Source: an uncultured Candidatus Saccharibacteria bacterium (GTDB taxonomy: Bacteria; Patescibacteriota; Minisyncoccia; Phycocordibacterales; CAZPGN01). Taken from it: 64,000 nucleotides of DNA. Positions 20,006-30,088 of the stretch are shown piece after piece. Each line of letters opens with the position of its first letter. Position 1 is the first letter of the stretch. The stretch covers positions 17,368 to 81,367 of the forward strand of contig CAZPGN010000002.1 of assembly GCA_964586635.1 (NCBI GenBank), read 5' to 3'. The notes below the pieces were generated by a model, which saw only the letters and a program-made list of their open reading frames with translations, was not told the DNA's origin and did not search any database. The position numbers and the translations under genes are program-made.

Positions 20006-20692
20006 ATGAGCCACACCGTACATCCATACGCCCACAGACTCGGTATTCTTCGCGACTGGAAGTCGCGATGGTTCGGTGCGCGTCGCCAATATCATGATTA
20101 CCTGAAATCTGATGTGCTCTTGCGCGAATATCTCGAAAAGCGCCTTCGCGGATTTTATGTTGATGCTATCGAAATGGAACGGAACGAATCGAGCTATCGC
20201 ATTATTGTAAAAACAGCGCGCCCGGGAATGATTATCGGACGCCAAGGAGAAGGGATACAGAAATTGCGCACGGACATTGTAAAAACACTCCGCCGGATCC
20301 GTTTAGTAAACGAGCCGAAGGATATTAAAATCGAGATCGAAGAAGTCCGTTCTCCAGAAACGCATGCGGCAGTTGTTGCCGCCATGATCGCCGAGAGTCT
20401 CGAGAAGCGTTTGCCATTCCGCCGCGTAATGAAGCAGACGCTCGAGAAAGTAATGGCAAGTCGCGAGGTTCGGGGAGCGAAGATATCGCTTTCGGGGCGT
20501 TTGGGCGGTGCGGAAATGTCGCGCCACGAGTCGCTCTTGAAGGGCCAGTTGCCACTGCAGACGCTCCGTGCGGATATTGATTTTGCACGCGAGCGCGCAC
20601 ATATGGGATACGGAGACATCGGCATCAAGGTGTGGATATATAAAGGTGAGATATTTAGCGGCGCCAAGGATCGGTCGGAAGCTAATCGATAA
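20006..20692 (+). CDS. rpsC: 30S ribosomal protein S3
   Basis: MSHTVHPYAHRLGI..., KH domain; start placed at ATG 20006 right after rplV stop (the longer ORF overlapping rplV is rejected). Confidence 0.9.
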   Translation: MSHTVHPYAHRLGILRDWKSRWFGARRQYHDYLKSDVLLREYLEKRLRGFYVDAIEMERNESSYRIIVKTARPGMIIGRQGEGIQKLRTDIVKTLRRIRLVNEPKDIKIEIEEVRSPETHAAVVAAMIAESLEKRLPFRRVMKQTLEKVMASREVRGAKISLSGRLGGAEMSRHESLLKGQLPLQTLRADIDFARERAHMGYGDIGIKVWIYKGEIFSGAKDRSEANR

Positions 20693-20697
20693 TATCC

Positions 20698-21123
20698 ATG
20701 TTGTTTCCGAAAAAAGTAAAACATCGAAAATGGCAAGTTGGCCGCCGCCATGTTAATCGTCGTGGTATCGCGAGTCGTGGCACAACACTTGCTTTCGGGT
20801 CACATGGCTTGAAAGCAGATGGTGCGGCGCGAATTACCGCAAATCAGATAGAGTCCGGACGAAAGGTTATTTCGCGCGGCATAAAAAAGGTCGGCAAGAT
20901 GTGGACACGCGTTTTTCCCGACCGCCCGCTTACAAAGAAGGCGGCGGAGGTTGGTATGGGCAAGGGAAAGGGCGATCCGTATGGTTTTTGCTTTGAGGTT
21001 CAGCCGGGACGGATCATTTATGAGATTGACGGTCTTTCGCAAACGGAATCAGCCTTACTCTTGCGTAAAGCAGGCGCCAAGTTCCCAATGAAGACCCGCG
21101 TTGTTAATCGCAACGAGGCGTAA
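20698..21123 (+). CDS. rplP: 50S ribosomal protein L16
   Basis: uL16 sequence. Confidence 0.95.
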   Translation: MLFPKKVKHRKWQVGRRHVNRRGIASRGTTLAFGSHGLKADGAARITANQIESGRKVISRGIKKVGKMWTRVFPDRPLTKKAAEVGMGKGKGDPYGFCFEVQPGRIIYEIDGLSQTESALLLRKAGAKFPMKTRVVNRNEA

Positions 21124-21130
21124 TAAATAA

Positions 21131-21322
21131 ATGGCTATGACTGCAAAAGAATTACGCGCAAAGAGCGATATAGATTTGACAAAGCTTCTTTTGGAGCGGC
21201 GGAAACAGCTCGGCTCATTTCGTTTTGCAGTTGCAGGCGGTAAAACTAAAAATGTGCGCGAAGGTCGCATGGTTCGCCGACAGATCGCGGCAATCCTCAC
21301 CGTCATGGGTGAGCGAAAATAA
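21131..21322 (+). CDS. rpmC: 50S ribosomal protein L29
   Basis: uL29 sequence, operon position. Confidence 0.85.
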   Translation: MAMTAKELRAKSDIDLTKLLLERRKQLGSFRFAVAGGKTKNVREGRMVRRQIAAILTVMGERK

Positions 21323-21325
21323 AAC

Positions 21326-21562
21326 ATGAACGAAAAACAGCATAAACAATTACAGGGCACGGTTGTCTCTCGTTCGGGAGACAAGACCGTTGTCGTTCTT
21401 GTAAAGCGCTTCATGCGTCATCCGCGATACGAGAAGTTCATCACGCGGTCAAAGAAATACAAGGCGCATGATGCGGACAATTCAGTGATGGTTGGCGAAA
21501 CGGTAATGATCGAATCGACACGGCCGATCTCCAAAGATAAACATTTCAAGGTCATTCGGTAA
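21326..21562 (+). CDS. rpsQ: 30S ribosomal protein S17
   Basis: uS17 sequence. Confidence 0.9.
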   Translation: MNEKQHKQLQGTVVSRSGDKTVVVLVKRFMRHPRYEKFITRSKKYKAHDADNSVMVGETVMIESTRPISKDKHFKVIR

Positions 21563-21571
21563 CGCACGCAT

Positions 21572-21940
21572 ATGTTGCAACCACAGTCCATCGTAAAAAT
21601 AGCGGACAATACCGGCGCCAAAATCGGGCGAGTTTTCAAAGTGCTTGGCGGCACGCGGAGGCGTTATGCGCGCATCGGGGATATTGTAGTGCTCTCTGTG
21701 CAAGTTTCTGAACCGCGCAAGCAGGTGAAAAAGAAAGCCGTGATGAAGGCGGTTGTTGTGCGCCAGAGGCAACCGTTTCGCCGCAAGGATGGATCACATA
21801 TCCGCTTCGATGAGAATGCGGTGGTGCTTATCGACAACAAGAAGGAACCGGTCGGCAACCGCGTATTTGGCCCTATACCGCGCGAGATCGCCGAAGGAGG
21901 TTTCCAAAAGGTCGCTTCACTCGCTCCCGAAGTGGTGTAA
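21572..21940 (+). CDS. rplN: 50S ribosomal protein L14
   Basis: MLQPQSIVKIADNTGAK uL14. Confidence 0.95.
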   Translation: MLQPQSIVKIADNTGAKIGRVFKVLGGTRRRYARIGDIVVLSVQVSEPRKQVKKKAVMKAVVVRQRQPFRRKDGSHIRFDENAVVLIDNKKEPVGNRVFGPIPREIAEGGFQKVASLAPEVV

Positions 21941-21955
21941 TTTTTACATACAACC

Positions 21956-22261
21956 ATGAAAGTCAAAAAAGGCGACAGCATTATCATCGTTGCGGGGAAA
22001 GATTCCGGTAAACGCGGAAAGGTTCTTCGCGCGATTCCTTCGCGGGACGCCGTTATCATTGAAGATGCTAATCTCCGCAAGCGGAGACAGCGACCGCGTC
22101 GCGCGGGGCAGAAAGGTCAAGTGCTCACGATACCTACTCCAATGCGGACGGCAAATGTCGCGCTTTGGTGCGAGAAATGCAAGAAAGGCGTTCGTGTCGG
22201 ACATCGAATAATAGACGGAAAGAAAGCGCGCGTATGCAAAAAGTGCGGCACAAAGCTCTAA
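21956..22261 (+). CDS. rplX: 50S ribosomal protein L24 with C-terminal CxxC-N15-CxxC zinc-ribbon extension
   Basis: KOW motif GKDSGKRGKV; C-terminal WCEKCKK...VCKKCG. Confidence 0.85.
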   Translation: MKVKKGDSIIIVAGKDSGKRGKVLRAIPSRDAVIIEDANLRKRRQRPRRAGQKGQVLTIPTPMRTANVALWCEKCKKGVRVGHRIIDGKKARVCKKCGTKL

Positions 22262-22271
22262 TTCTCTGATT

Positions 22272-22820
22272 ATGCGAACAATTATTGATAAATACAAAAC
22301 TGCTTTGCCCGAGATCATGAAAGCTGTAGGAACGAAGAATGTTCACGGGGCTCCGCGCATTATGAAAGTCGTTGTCAGTTCAGGAACGGGCCGAACGCGA
22401 GACAAGGCGCGCAACGAGCTCGTATCTGACCGTCTTGCGAAAATCACTGGACAGCATCCATCTCCACGACCTGCGAAGAAATCCATCGCAACATTTAAAC
22501 TGCGCGAAGGCGAGATCATTGGTCATATGGTAACGCTCCGCGGCGAACGGATGCGATCATTCCTCGACAAGATGATCAATGTTGCGATACCTCGGATGCG
22601 CGATTTTCGTGGCATTGATCCGAAATCCATCGATGCGCTCGGCAATGTGACCATCGGATTCAAAGAGCACACTGTTTTTCCAGAGACAGCCGACGAAGAC
22701 CTGAAGGATATTTTCGGTCTGTCGGTTACTATCGAAACGACAGCGAAAAACAAAAAAGATGCCGAAACGCTTCTGCGCGCCATCGGTGTTCCATTCAAAA
22801 AAGAGCGCGCGAAGCAGTGA
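22272..22820 (+). CDS. rplE: 50S ribosomal protein L5
   Basis: uL5 sequence. Confidence 0.95.
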   Translation: MRTIIDKYKTALPEIMKAVGTKNVHGAPRIMKVVVSSGTGRTRDKARNELVSDRLAKITGQHPSPRPAKKSIATFKLREGEIIGHMVTLRGERMRSFLDKMINVAIPRMRDFRGIDPKSIDALGNVTIGFKEHTVFPETADEDLKDIFGLSVTIETTAKNKKDAETLLRAIGVPFKKERAKQ

Positions 22821-22889
22821 ACTGGACTTTTCTCTCATAATTTGCTACACTGCAAAAGTGAGTGAAAGAGCTCACGAAATGTCCCAGCA

Positions 22890-22916
22890 AAAACCTCGGC
22901 ACCGCCGAGGTTTTTG
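22890..22916 (+). terminator. intrinsic terminator after rplE
   Basis: aaaacctcgg-caccg-ccgagg followed by TTTTT. Confidence 0.6.
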
Positions 22917-23002
22917 CGTTCCGATTCTACTAAATTGAATTTGCCTGCGAACTCGCTCGAACTATGCGCATCGCGGATTCTATACTATACTTTGTGCGTG
23001 TG

Positions 23003-23076
23003 TATTCGCGTGGCCGGCGGTGGCACTCACATAGGACATTTTGTATGGGGCTCGCTCACCGACGGCCACGCGAATA
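23003..23076. repeat. 20-bp inverted repeat (1 mismatch) flanking a 34-nt loop in noncoding region
   Basis: tattcgcgtggccggcggtg ... caccgacggccacgcgaata. Confidence 0.4.
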
Positions 23077-23304
23077 CGGACGAGGGTTGTGTGTAAAAAT
23101 ATTTCAAAGAAATTTTTATTCGCACGACACAGCAACTTTTTTTGCGAACTTATCCACATATTTTATTTTGAACGGATTGTATTTTTTTGTCATGTCACAG
23201 ATAATTAACACGGAAGCAATAACCGAGAGGTCGAAGTTGTTGCTCGCACAACAGTATTGATAACATTATCCGTGCATCCGCATAGATAATACGATTTAAA
23301 AAAA

Positions 23305-23433
23305 ATGCCAGCAAAAAGAAAAGCGCGGAAGTCTACCCGTAAGGCGGCTCCAAAAAAGCGCAAGACGGCAAAGCGAAAGGCGGCGCCGAAGAAGCGTTCC
23401 ACGAAGCGCCGCAAATCTGCGAAGCGCAAGTAG
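23305..23433 (+). CDS. 42-aa extremely basic K/R/A/P-rich mini-protein (histone H1-like or ribosome-associated?)
   Basis: MPAKRKARKSTRKAAPKKRKTAKRKAAPKKRSTKRRKSAKRK; followed by a strong intrinsic terminator; below ORF-track size cut-off. Confidence 0.45.
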   Translation: MPAKRKARKSTRKAAPKKRKTAKRKAAPKKRSTKRRKSAKRK

Positions 23434-23455
23434 TACACCATCATCACTTCTGCCT

Positions 23456-23481
23456 AAAAAATCCCCTCACGGGGATTTTTT
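23456..23481 (+). terminator. intrinsic terminator
   Basis: aaaaatcccc-tcac-ggggattttttt perfect hairpin plus U-tract. Confidence 0.7.
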
Positions 23482-23536
23482 AGTGCGCGAGTCGTCGCTG
23501 GAAAATGAGTCGTCGTGTATGATACCATGAGGAACC

Positions 23537-26020
23537 ATGAGCATATTTTCTAGGATATTTGGCAATCACTCTTCGCGCGTCATTGCGCAGTACGACGATG
23601 TCGTCGCGCATATCAATGCAGAAGAAGGGGTGTTGCGCGAACTTTCTGACAGCGAGCTAACCCAAAAGACAGATGGATTTCGTGCCCGTTTGGCAAAAGG
23701 CGAATCTGTCGATAATACGCTGGCCGAGGCTTTCGCGGTCGTGCGCGAGGCGGCGCGGCGCACGCTCGGCCAGCGTCATTATGATGTGCAACTTGTAGGC
23801 GGGATAGTATTGCATCGCGGCGCCATTTCGGAAATGCATACTGGAGAGGGCAAAACTCTCGTTGCGACCCTGCCCGCATACCTTAATGCGCTCTCTGGAA
23901 AAGGCGTTCATGTCGTTACCGTGAATGATTATCTTGCACGGCGTGATGGCGTATGGATGGGGCAGATATACGCGCTACTCGGACTTTCTGTTGCGGTTAT
24001 AAATCACGACTCGTCATATCGGTACGATGCGGGTCATACAGAAGCGGATGCGGCGCGCGACGAATCTGGGTCGTACAAGATATTTTACGAATTTCTCAAG
24101 CCATGTTCGCGCAAGGAGGCATATGCGGCGGACATTACCTACGGCACCAATAATGAATTCGGTTTTGATTACTTGCGCGATAATCTTGCGCACGATCCAT
24201 CACTGCTGGTTCAGCGCGAATACCACTATGCGATCGTTGACGAAATTGATTCCGTCTTGATCGATGAGGCACGAACGCCGCTTATCATTTCCGCGCCAGT
24301 GGCGCAATCAGACAGTCTATACTCGACCTTTGCGTCAATCGCGCGATCGTTCACGCGCGATGTTCACTATACCGTTGATGAAAAACGCCGTGAGATCGCT
24401 ATGACGGAGTCTGGTATCGAGCAAGCGGAAAAATCTCTAGGCGTTGAAAATATATACACGGAAAAAGGCATTCGCTTCGTACACCATCTCGAGACTGCAG
24501 TGCGGGCAGAGGCGCTCTATCTGCTTGATCGGGATTATGTCGTGCAGGACGGAGAAGTTATAATTGTTGACCAGTTTACCGGCCGATTACAACCGGGGCG
24601 GCGTTGGTCAGAAGGTTTGCATCAAGCGATTGAAGCGAAGGAAGGCGTGAAAGTGCGGGAAGAATCGCGAACATTTGCGACCATCTCGCTCCAGAATTAT
24701 TTCCGTCAATATGCGAAACTCTCTGGCATGACGGGCACGGCGTCTACCTCGGCGGAGGAGTTTCGTCGCGTGTATGGTCTCGATGTCATCACCATACCGA
24801 CAAACAAACCGGTTGTTCGCGAGGACCGCCCCGATGTTATTTTTCAGACGGAGCAAGGTAAGTGGCAGGCGCTCGTGCGAACCATCAAAGAATTGCAAGC
24901 AAAGGGTCAGCCGGTGCTTGTGGGCACTGTTTCAGTTGAAAAGAGTGAGCACCTCGCTTCTATGCTCTCGCGAGAGGGCGTGGAACATGCCGTGTTGAAC
25001 GCAAAGAAGCACGAACAAGAAGGCGCGGTTATTGCAGATGCGGGGCGCATTGGCGCAGTAACCATCGCCACGAATATGGCCGGGCGAGGTGTTGACATTA
25101 AACTTGGCGGCGCGCTCGCCGACACGAGCACGTACGAACGCGTGAAAGCGCTCGGTGGGCTTTTTGTCATTGGCACCGAACGGCATGACGCGCGCCGCAT
25201 CGACAACCAATTGCGCGGACGAAGCGGCCGTCAGGGAGATCCGGGGGAAACCCGGTTTTTCCTGTCTCTCGAGGATTCGTTGATGCGTATCTTTGCATCC
25301 GATACCGTTAAGAAATTGATGGGGACTTTCGGAATCCCAGAAGACGAGGCGATCGAGAGCCGTCTTGTTTCGCGGTCAATCGAGGCGGCACAAACAAAAG
25401 TTGAAGGGTTCAACTTTGATGGCAGACGCTATCTTCTGGAATATGACGATGTTATGAATACCCAGCGTCGGTCTATCTATGGCCGTCGCCGCAGAGCGCT
25501 CAATGGCAATCATGCGGATCTCGAAGAGCTATTTGCTGAAATTATAGAACACGAGAATGAAATGAGTTCATTCGCGATAACAGCTGAAAAGAAGCGAACA
25601 GAACTTGGCGAAGAAGTGTTTTGGGCAATGTTTCGGCGATTATACATGCAGGTGATAGATATGTTGTGGGTCGAGCATCTTGAGGCGATGGAGCATCTAC
25701 GAGGAAGTGTGCGCCTGCGCGCCTACGGCCAGCGTGATCCGCTTGTGGAGTATAAGCGCGACGCACTCCGTATGTTCAAGGCAATGGAAAGAATGCTTTT
25801 TTCGAGTCTTGCGGAGTATATTCCCCGTCTTGCACCCGAGGGTATTCGCGAAGAAACCCCCGCGGGACTCAAAGAAGTCCATGAAGCCGCGAAATCGATT
25901 GGAGACGCGCCACGCGCGGCCGAAACGCATATTGTCTCGCCGTCTCGTACAGTTGCCGGCCGGAATGACCCATGCCCATGCGGCTCTGGCAAAAAGTTTA
26001 AGAAGTGCCATGGAAAGTAA
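23537..26020 (+). CDS. secA: preprotein translocase ATPase SecA
   Basis: DEAD-like motor motifs; C-terminal Zn finger CPCGSGKKFKKCHG. Confidence 0.97.
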   Translation: MSIFSRIFGNHSSRVIAQYDDVVAHINAEEGVLRELSDSELTQKTDGFRARLAKGESVDNTLAEAFAVVREAARRTLGQRHYDVQLVGGIVLHRGAISEMHTGEGKTLVATLPAYLNALSGKGVHVVTVNDYLARRDGVWMGQIYALLGLSVAVINHDSSYRYDAGHTEADAARDESGSYKIFYEFLKPCSRKEAYAADITYGTNNEFGFDYLRDNLAHDPSLLVQREYHYAIVDEIDSVLIDEARTPLIISAPVAQSDSLYSTFASIARSFTRDVHYTVDEKRREIAMTESGIEQAEKSLGVENIYTEKGIRFVHHLETAVRAEALYLLDRDYVVQDGEVIIVDQFTGRLQPGRRWSEGLHQAIEAKEGVKVREESRTFATISLQNYFRQYAKLSGMTGTASTSAEEFRRVYGLDVITIPTNKPVVREDRPDVIFQTEQGKWQALVRTIKELQAKGQPVLVGTVSVEKSEHLASMLSREGVEHAVLNAKKHEQEGAVIADAGRIGAVTIATNMAGRGVDIKLGGALADTSTYERVKALGGLFVIGTERHDARRIDNQLRGRSGRQGDPGETRFFLSLEDSLMRIFASDTVKKLMGTFGIPEDEAIESRLVSRSIEAAQTKVEGFNFDGRRYLLEYDDVMNTQRRSIYGRRRRALNGNHADLEELFAEIIEHENEMSSFAITAEKKRTELGEEVFWAMFRRLYMQVIDMLWVEHLEAMEHLRGSVRLRAYGQRDPLVEYKRDALRMFKAMERMLFSSLAEYIPRLAPEGIREETPAGLKEVHEAAKSIGDAPRAAETHIVSPSRTVAGRNDPCPCGSGKKFKKCHGK

Positions 26021-26021
26021 T

Positions 26022-26549
26022 ATGCGCCAGAAACAAAAAACAAATAATTACGCGTTTATAGATAGCCAGAATCTTAATCTTGCTATTCGTGATTTAGGTT
26101 GGCGACTTGATTTTGTTCGTTTTCGTGTGTACCTTGCCGAGAAGTACTCTGTTACAAAAGCTTTTTTGTTCATAGGATATATCGAAGGTAATAGTGATCT
26201 TTATAAGATATTACAGGAAGCTGGTTTCATTTGTATATTCAAACCGACACTCAAATATCGTGACGGAAAAACAAAAGGAAATTGTGATGCGGAATTGGTT
26301 CTACAGGCCATGATTGAATTTCCAAATTTTGATAAAGCAGTAATCATTACTGGGGACGGTGATTTTCAATGTCTAGTGAAATATTTTATAGAACAGGATA
26401 AATTGAAGTCCGTTTTAATTCCTAATAGAGATAAATTCTCGGCGTTACTGAAGTTTAGAGTGTTCCGCCCATTTCTGCGTTTTATGAATGACCTAGAAGG
26501 ACTATTGGCCTATATAAAGAAAAGGCCCCATGAGGACGAAACCTCATAG
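26022..26549 (+). CDS. NYN/LabA-like (PIN-fold) domain protein; locally AT-rich gene
   Basis: FIDSQNL...ITGDGDF motifs of NYN domain; start at ATG 26022 (longer ORF overlapping secA rejected). Confidence 0.65.
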   Translation: MRQKQKTNNYAFIDSQNLNLAIRDLGWRLDFVRFRVYLAEKYSVTKAFLFIGYIEGNSDLYKILQEAGFICIFKPTLKYRDGKTKGNCDAELVLQAMIEFPNFDKAVIITGDGDFQCLVKYFIEQDKLKSVLIPNRDKFSALLKFRVFRPFLRFMNDLEGLLAYIKKRPHEDETS

Positions 26550-26840
26550 GGTGATCTTCTCCGTTGGTGATGCATAAATATTAGCAAAAGAGAATGATAA
26601 GTCAAGATAGTGTATGCATCCACCACATATGGCACTCCGCCACTGATAATGCCGCCATCATACACTGGAAGGGCGACCTCTGTCCCAACGCATGGTGCGG
26701 CCGTTCTCCGTTGTGCCACAGAAGCCAGTCAACCGGCTTGCTACTTTTGCGCCCGCTGGTATGCTATACAATGTATACATACAGCTTGATTATCACCACG
26801 ATAAATACGCGGCGGTAATGGTCAATCTTACCGCGCACCC

Positions 26841-27911
26841 ATGCGGTCTATGGATATACAGAATTTCAAGAAAGAGTTCGATTCTCATCTCGAATCGTTT
26901 CTTGCGCAGAAGATCGCGCAATTCAAGAACTACACCAAGGACCCATTCATCCTTGAGACCATCGCTTACCCGCTTGTTCTTATTCGTGCCGGCGGCAAGC
27001 GTATCCGGCCCTATCTGGCCTATCTTGCGTATAAAAACGCCGGAGGGAGGGACGATGAAGGGGCGATGAGGCTTTTTGCCGCGCTTGAGATATTCCATCT
27101 CTTTGCTCTAGTGCATGACGACATTATTGATCGTAGCGCCGAGCGACATGGCATCTTGACGACGCATAAATTCGTCGTGGCGCGACTTAAAAAAGAAGCG
27201 AGGTCTGGCGACCACGGACATATTGCCAATTCAATCGCCATATTAGTCGGTGACCTTTTGTTCGCCTGGTCAGTAGAACTCTTGACACGCGCCAAGGATT
27301 TCGGCAAGGACGAACTCGATCGAGCTCTTGCGCATTATTACCGAATGACTGACCAAGTTCTCACGGGTCAGCTAATAGATGTAGATACCACGACGCGCCG
27401 TCGCGCGTCCGAGGGGCTTATCGAAGAAAAGATGTTTCTCAAATCGGCTAGTTACAGTTTCGTGAGTCCCCTAAAGATAGGTACGGCGCTTGCCGGCGGT
27501 ACTGCTGAAATGGAAAAATTTTGTGACGAGTTTGGCCGCGCGCTCGGGCTTGCGTTCCAGATACAGGATGACCTGCACGACCTGACACTGCCGCCGAAAG
27601 ATCAGCATACACCATCATTCACAGACCTGCGCGAACATCAACATACGCTCTTCACCCAATATATCTTTGAAAACGGAAAACCTACCCAGAAAGAGCAACT
27701 TGATAAATTGCTCGGTTCACCTGTCAGCGAATCGGACAGGGGAAAGGTACTTCTATTGTTCACTGACTCTGGCGCTATCGAATATGGCACCAGGACGATG
27801 GAAAAGTATTTCAAGAAGTCCGAAAAACTGCTCGAGAAGTCGCCTATTGACGATGGTGTACGAGAAAAATTCACAGCACTCATCAATTTTATCCGCGCGC
27901 GCACAAGCTAG
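26841..27911 (+). CDS. polyprenyl (isoprenyl) diphosphate synthase
   Basis: FARM LVHDDIIDRS and SARM FQIQDDLHD motifs. Confidence 0.85.
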   Translation: MRSMDIQNFKKEFDSHLESFLAQKIAQFKNYTKDPFILETIAYPLVLIRAGGKRIRPYLAYLAYKNAGGRDDEGAMRLFAALEIFHLFALVHDDIIDRSAERHGILTTHKFVVARLKKEARSGDHGHIANSIAILVGDLLFAWSVELLTRAKDFGKDELDRALAHYYRMTDQVLTGQLIDVDTTTRRRASEGLIEEKMFLKSASYSFVSPLKIGTALAGGTAEMEKFCDEFGRALGLAFQIQDDLHDLTLPPKDQHTPSFTDLREHQHTLFTQYIFENGKPTQKEQLDKLLGSPVSESDRGKVLLLFTDSGAIEYGTRTMEKYFKKSEKLLEKSPIDDGVREKFTALINFIRARTS

Positions 27912-27994
27912 CGCCGCAGGGACATTATTTGCCGAACGCCCCTCCGCGAGTATAATGTCGGATATTATTCGTTGTGTAACCCAGAAAGAACTGT

Positions 27995-28582
27995 ATGAAT
28001 GAACAGCGCAAACTACTGATCGTATTCGTTATAGGCATATTGCTCGGATTTGGCGGCGGAAGACTTCTACCCATCTCAGGTGATGCTTCGCTTACGCCTC
28101 GATATGGTGAAGGTGCCACTTCAGCGGAAGACAATATAGCCGAGCAATCGATTGCCGTTACTACAGACAATCCGAATCTCACCGCCACCGCAGAGCCGAT
28201 TATTTCCTCCCAACCAGCCGCAATTTCCGCCACGACTCCCGCGGCGGCAGTTGTTGCAAAGCTGACCGATCTTTCTGTCGAAACGCTTGACCAACCCGCC
28301 GGATCTCTAGTAATCGTAAAACGCGCCAGTCTTGCTCGCCCTGGATGGGTGGTAATACATGAGGACCGCGCAGGCATTCCTGGAAATGTTTTAGGGGCGG
28401 CGCTTTTTGATCGCGGCGCTAGCATGGGGACGGTAGAACTTTTGCGGGCAACGGTATCAGGGGGCTTGTATTACGCCATGCTACACGATGACGATGGGGA
28501 CCATCTTTTTGAGCTGAAGCAAGACCTTCCGCTTCGCGCGACTGATGGCGCTTCTATCTCGTCTGCATTTCGGGCTCTCTAG
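27995..28582 (+). CDS. hypothetical N-terminally membrane-anchored protein
   Basis: single N-terminal TM helix then Ala/Thr/Pro-rich linker; no recognised domain. Confidence 0.4.
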   Translation: MNEQRKLLIVFVIGILLGFGGGRLLPISGDASLTPRYGEGATSAEDNIAEQSIAVTTDNPNLTATAEPIISSQPAAISATTPAAAVVAKLTDLSVETLDQPAGSLVIVKRASLARPGWVVIHEDRAGIPGNVLGAALFDRGASMGTVELLRATVSGGLYYAMLHDDDGDHLFELKQDLPLRATDGASISSAFRAL

Positions 28583-28609
28583 CGGCGAGTATGATATACT
28601 TCAGGTAGC

Positions 28610-29158
28610 ATGAAAGCGTTCCGCCTGCTTGGGTTTGCGCTTGCTGTTTCTATTATCATCTATGCGGGCTATCAGCGTTTTGTCGATTGGCAGATACGGA
28701 AAGAAAACCCATATACTTTTATGGAAATCACGAGTCCTTCATTCGCGCACAACGGAATAATTCCCGAGAAATTCACCTGTGATGGAGAGGATGTAAATCC
28801 CGAATTACGCATCAATAATGTTCCCGCAGGCACAAAGAGTCTTGCGCTTATAGTGGATGACAGAGATGCGATCGGAGGTTGGGTGCATTGGACAGTTTGG
28901 AATATCGATCCGTCGATAGTCAGTATTGAGCCAAATTCTGTTCCGGCGGGCGCGCGCACGGGTGAGACGAGTTTCGGCAAGACTGGATATGGAGGGCCAT
29001 GCCCCCATTCGGGCATACATCGATATCATTTTCGTCTCTATGCGCTCGATCGTCAGTTAGAGCTCCCAGCAGGCTCCTCGATCGGGCAATTACAGAGCGC
29101 CATAGGGACGCCGATCGCCGAGTCCGTGATTGTCGGGAAGTATGGCCGCGCAAAGTAG
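28610..29158 (+). CDS. YbhB/YbcL family PEBP (Raf kinase inhibitor-like) protein with N-terminal TM anchor
   Basis: GYGGPCPHSGIHRYHFRLYALD PEBP signature. Confidence 0.8.
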   Translation: MKAFRLLGFALAVSIIIYAGYQRFVDWQIRKENPYTFMEITSPSFAHNGIIPEKFTCDGEDVNPELRINNVPAGTKSLALIVDDRDAIGGWVHWTVWNIDPSIVSIEPNSVPAGARTGETSFGKTGYGGPCPHSGIHRYHFRLYALDRQLELPAGSSIGQLQSAIGTPIAESVIVGKYGRAK

Positions 29159-29253
29159 AGTATTCCAGCGCGGCGGCAATTGCATTTCTACCGGAAGGTT
29201 TGGCGGTCGCGTCTCGGCGAGGTCGGTACACTGTTCGTTGTGCGTTTGAATGT

Positions 29254-30027
29254 ATGCCGAGCAATTACTACAATCCTATCAGGAGGCGCAACCTGTATTC
29301 ACCGGAATCGAAAAAGCCATATCGCATCAGCCGTTCGAAGATAGAGAATTTTATTCATTGTCCGCGGTGTTTTTATCTCGATAGGCGTCTCGGCGTGAAT
29401 GAACCACAGGGGTATCCATTCAATCTGAATAAAGCGGTCGACACTCTGCTCAAGAAGGAATTCGATGTTAACCGAGCTTTAGGCGTCGCGCATCCTCTCA
29501 TGACTCACTACGGCATCGATGCGGTGCCGTTCGCCCATAAAAAACTTGATGAATGGCGAGAGAACTTCAAGGGCATTTGCGCGCTTCACGCGACGACGAA
29601 CCTTTTCGTGTGCGGGGCGGTAGATGATATTTGGAAGGGAAGCGACGGTTCTCTCATAGTCGTAGATTATAAGGCAACCGCAAAAGAAGGACCCGTGAGC
29701 CTTGATGCGCCGTGGCAGGATAGTTATAAGCGGCAAATGGAAATTTATCAATGGCTTCTTCGACAGAACGGATTTGTTGTTTCCGAGACAGGCTATTTTG
29801 TATATGTGAACGGAAGGGCAGATCGGGAAGCGTTTGACGGAAGGATCGAGTGTGATATCTCGATTCTCCCCTATCGTGGAAAAGATGATTGGATAGCGGG
29901 AACGCTCGCGTGCATTAAACAGACGCTTGATTCAGACATACTGCCGACGGCTAATGACGCCTGCGATTACTGCGCGTACCGCACTGCCGCCGCGGACGCA
30001 ATTAGAAATCTTGAAGAAAAACGATAA
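29254..30027 (+). CDS. PD-(D/E)XK nuclease, Cas4-like with Cys cluster (probable Fe-S)
   Basis: HCPRC N-terminal Cys, VVDYKAT, QMEIYQW and C-terminal C...CDYC; start at 29254 (longer ORF from 28999 overlaps PEBP gene). Confidence 0.6.
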   Translation: MPSNYYNPIRRRNLYSPESKKPYRISRSKIENFIHCPRCFYLDRRLGVNEPQGYPFNLNKAVDTLLKKEFDVNRALGVAHPLMTHYGIDAVPFAHKKLDEWRENFKGICALHATTNLFVCGAVDDIWKGSDGSLIVVDYKATAKEGPVSLDAPWQDSYKRQMEIYQWLLRQNGFVVSETGYFVYVNGRADREAFDGRIECDISILPYRGKDDWIAGTLACIKQTLDSDILPTANDACDYCAYRTAAADAIRNLEEKR

Positions 30028-30035
30028 TCAAAAAT

Positions 30036-30070
30036 AAAAAGCCGCCCGTGCCGGCGGCTTTCTATTTTGT
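30036..30070. terminator. bidirectional intrinsic terminator between convergent genes
   Basis: aaaaagccgcc-cgtgcc-ggcggctttctatttt. Confidence 0.6.
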
Positions 30071-30088
30071 AAGATAAGAGTTGCTGGA

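Noticed and set aside
25680-26021. N-terminal 114-codon extension of the NYN-domain ORF overlapping secA
   Set aside because: It overlaps the 3' end of secA in another frame. The NYN domain begins at the ATG at 26022, immediately after the secA stop.
28999-29253. N-terminal extension of the Cas4-like nuclease ORF
   Set aside because: It overlaps the PEBP gene and has an Arg-rich low-complexity translation. The nuclease homology starts at ATG 29254.
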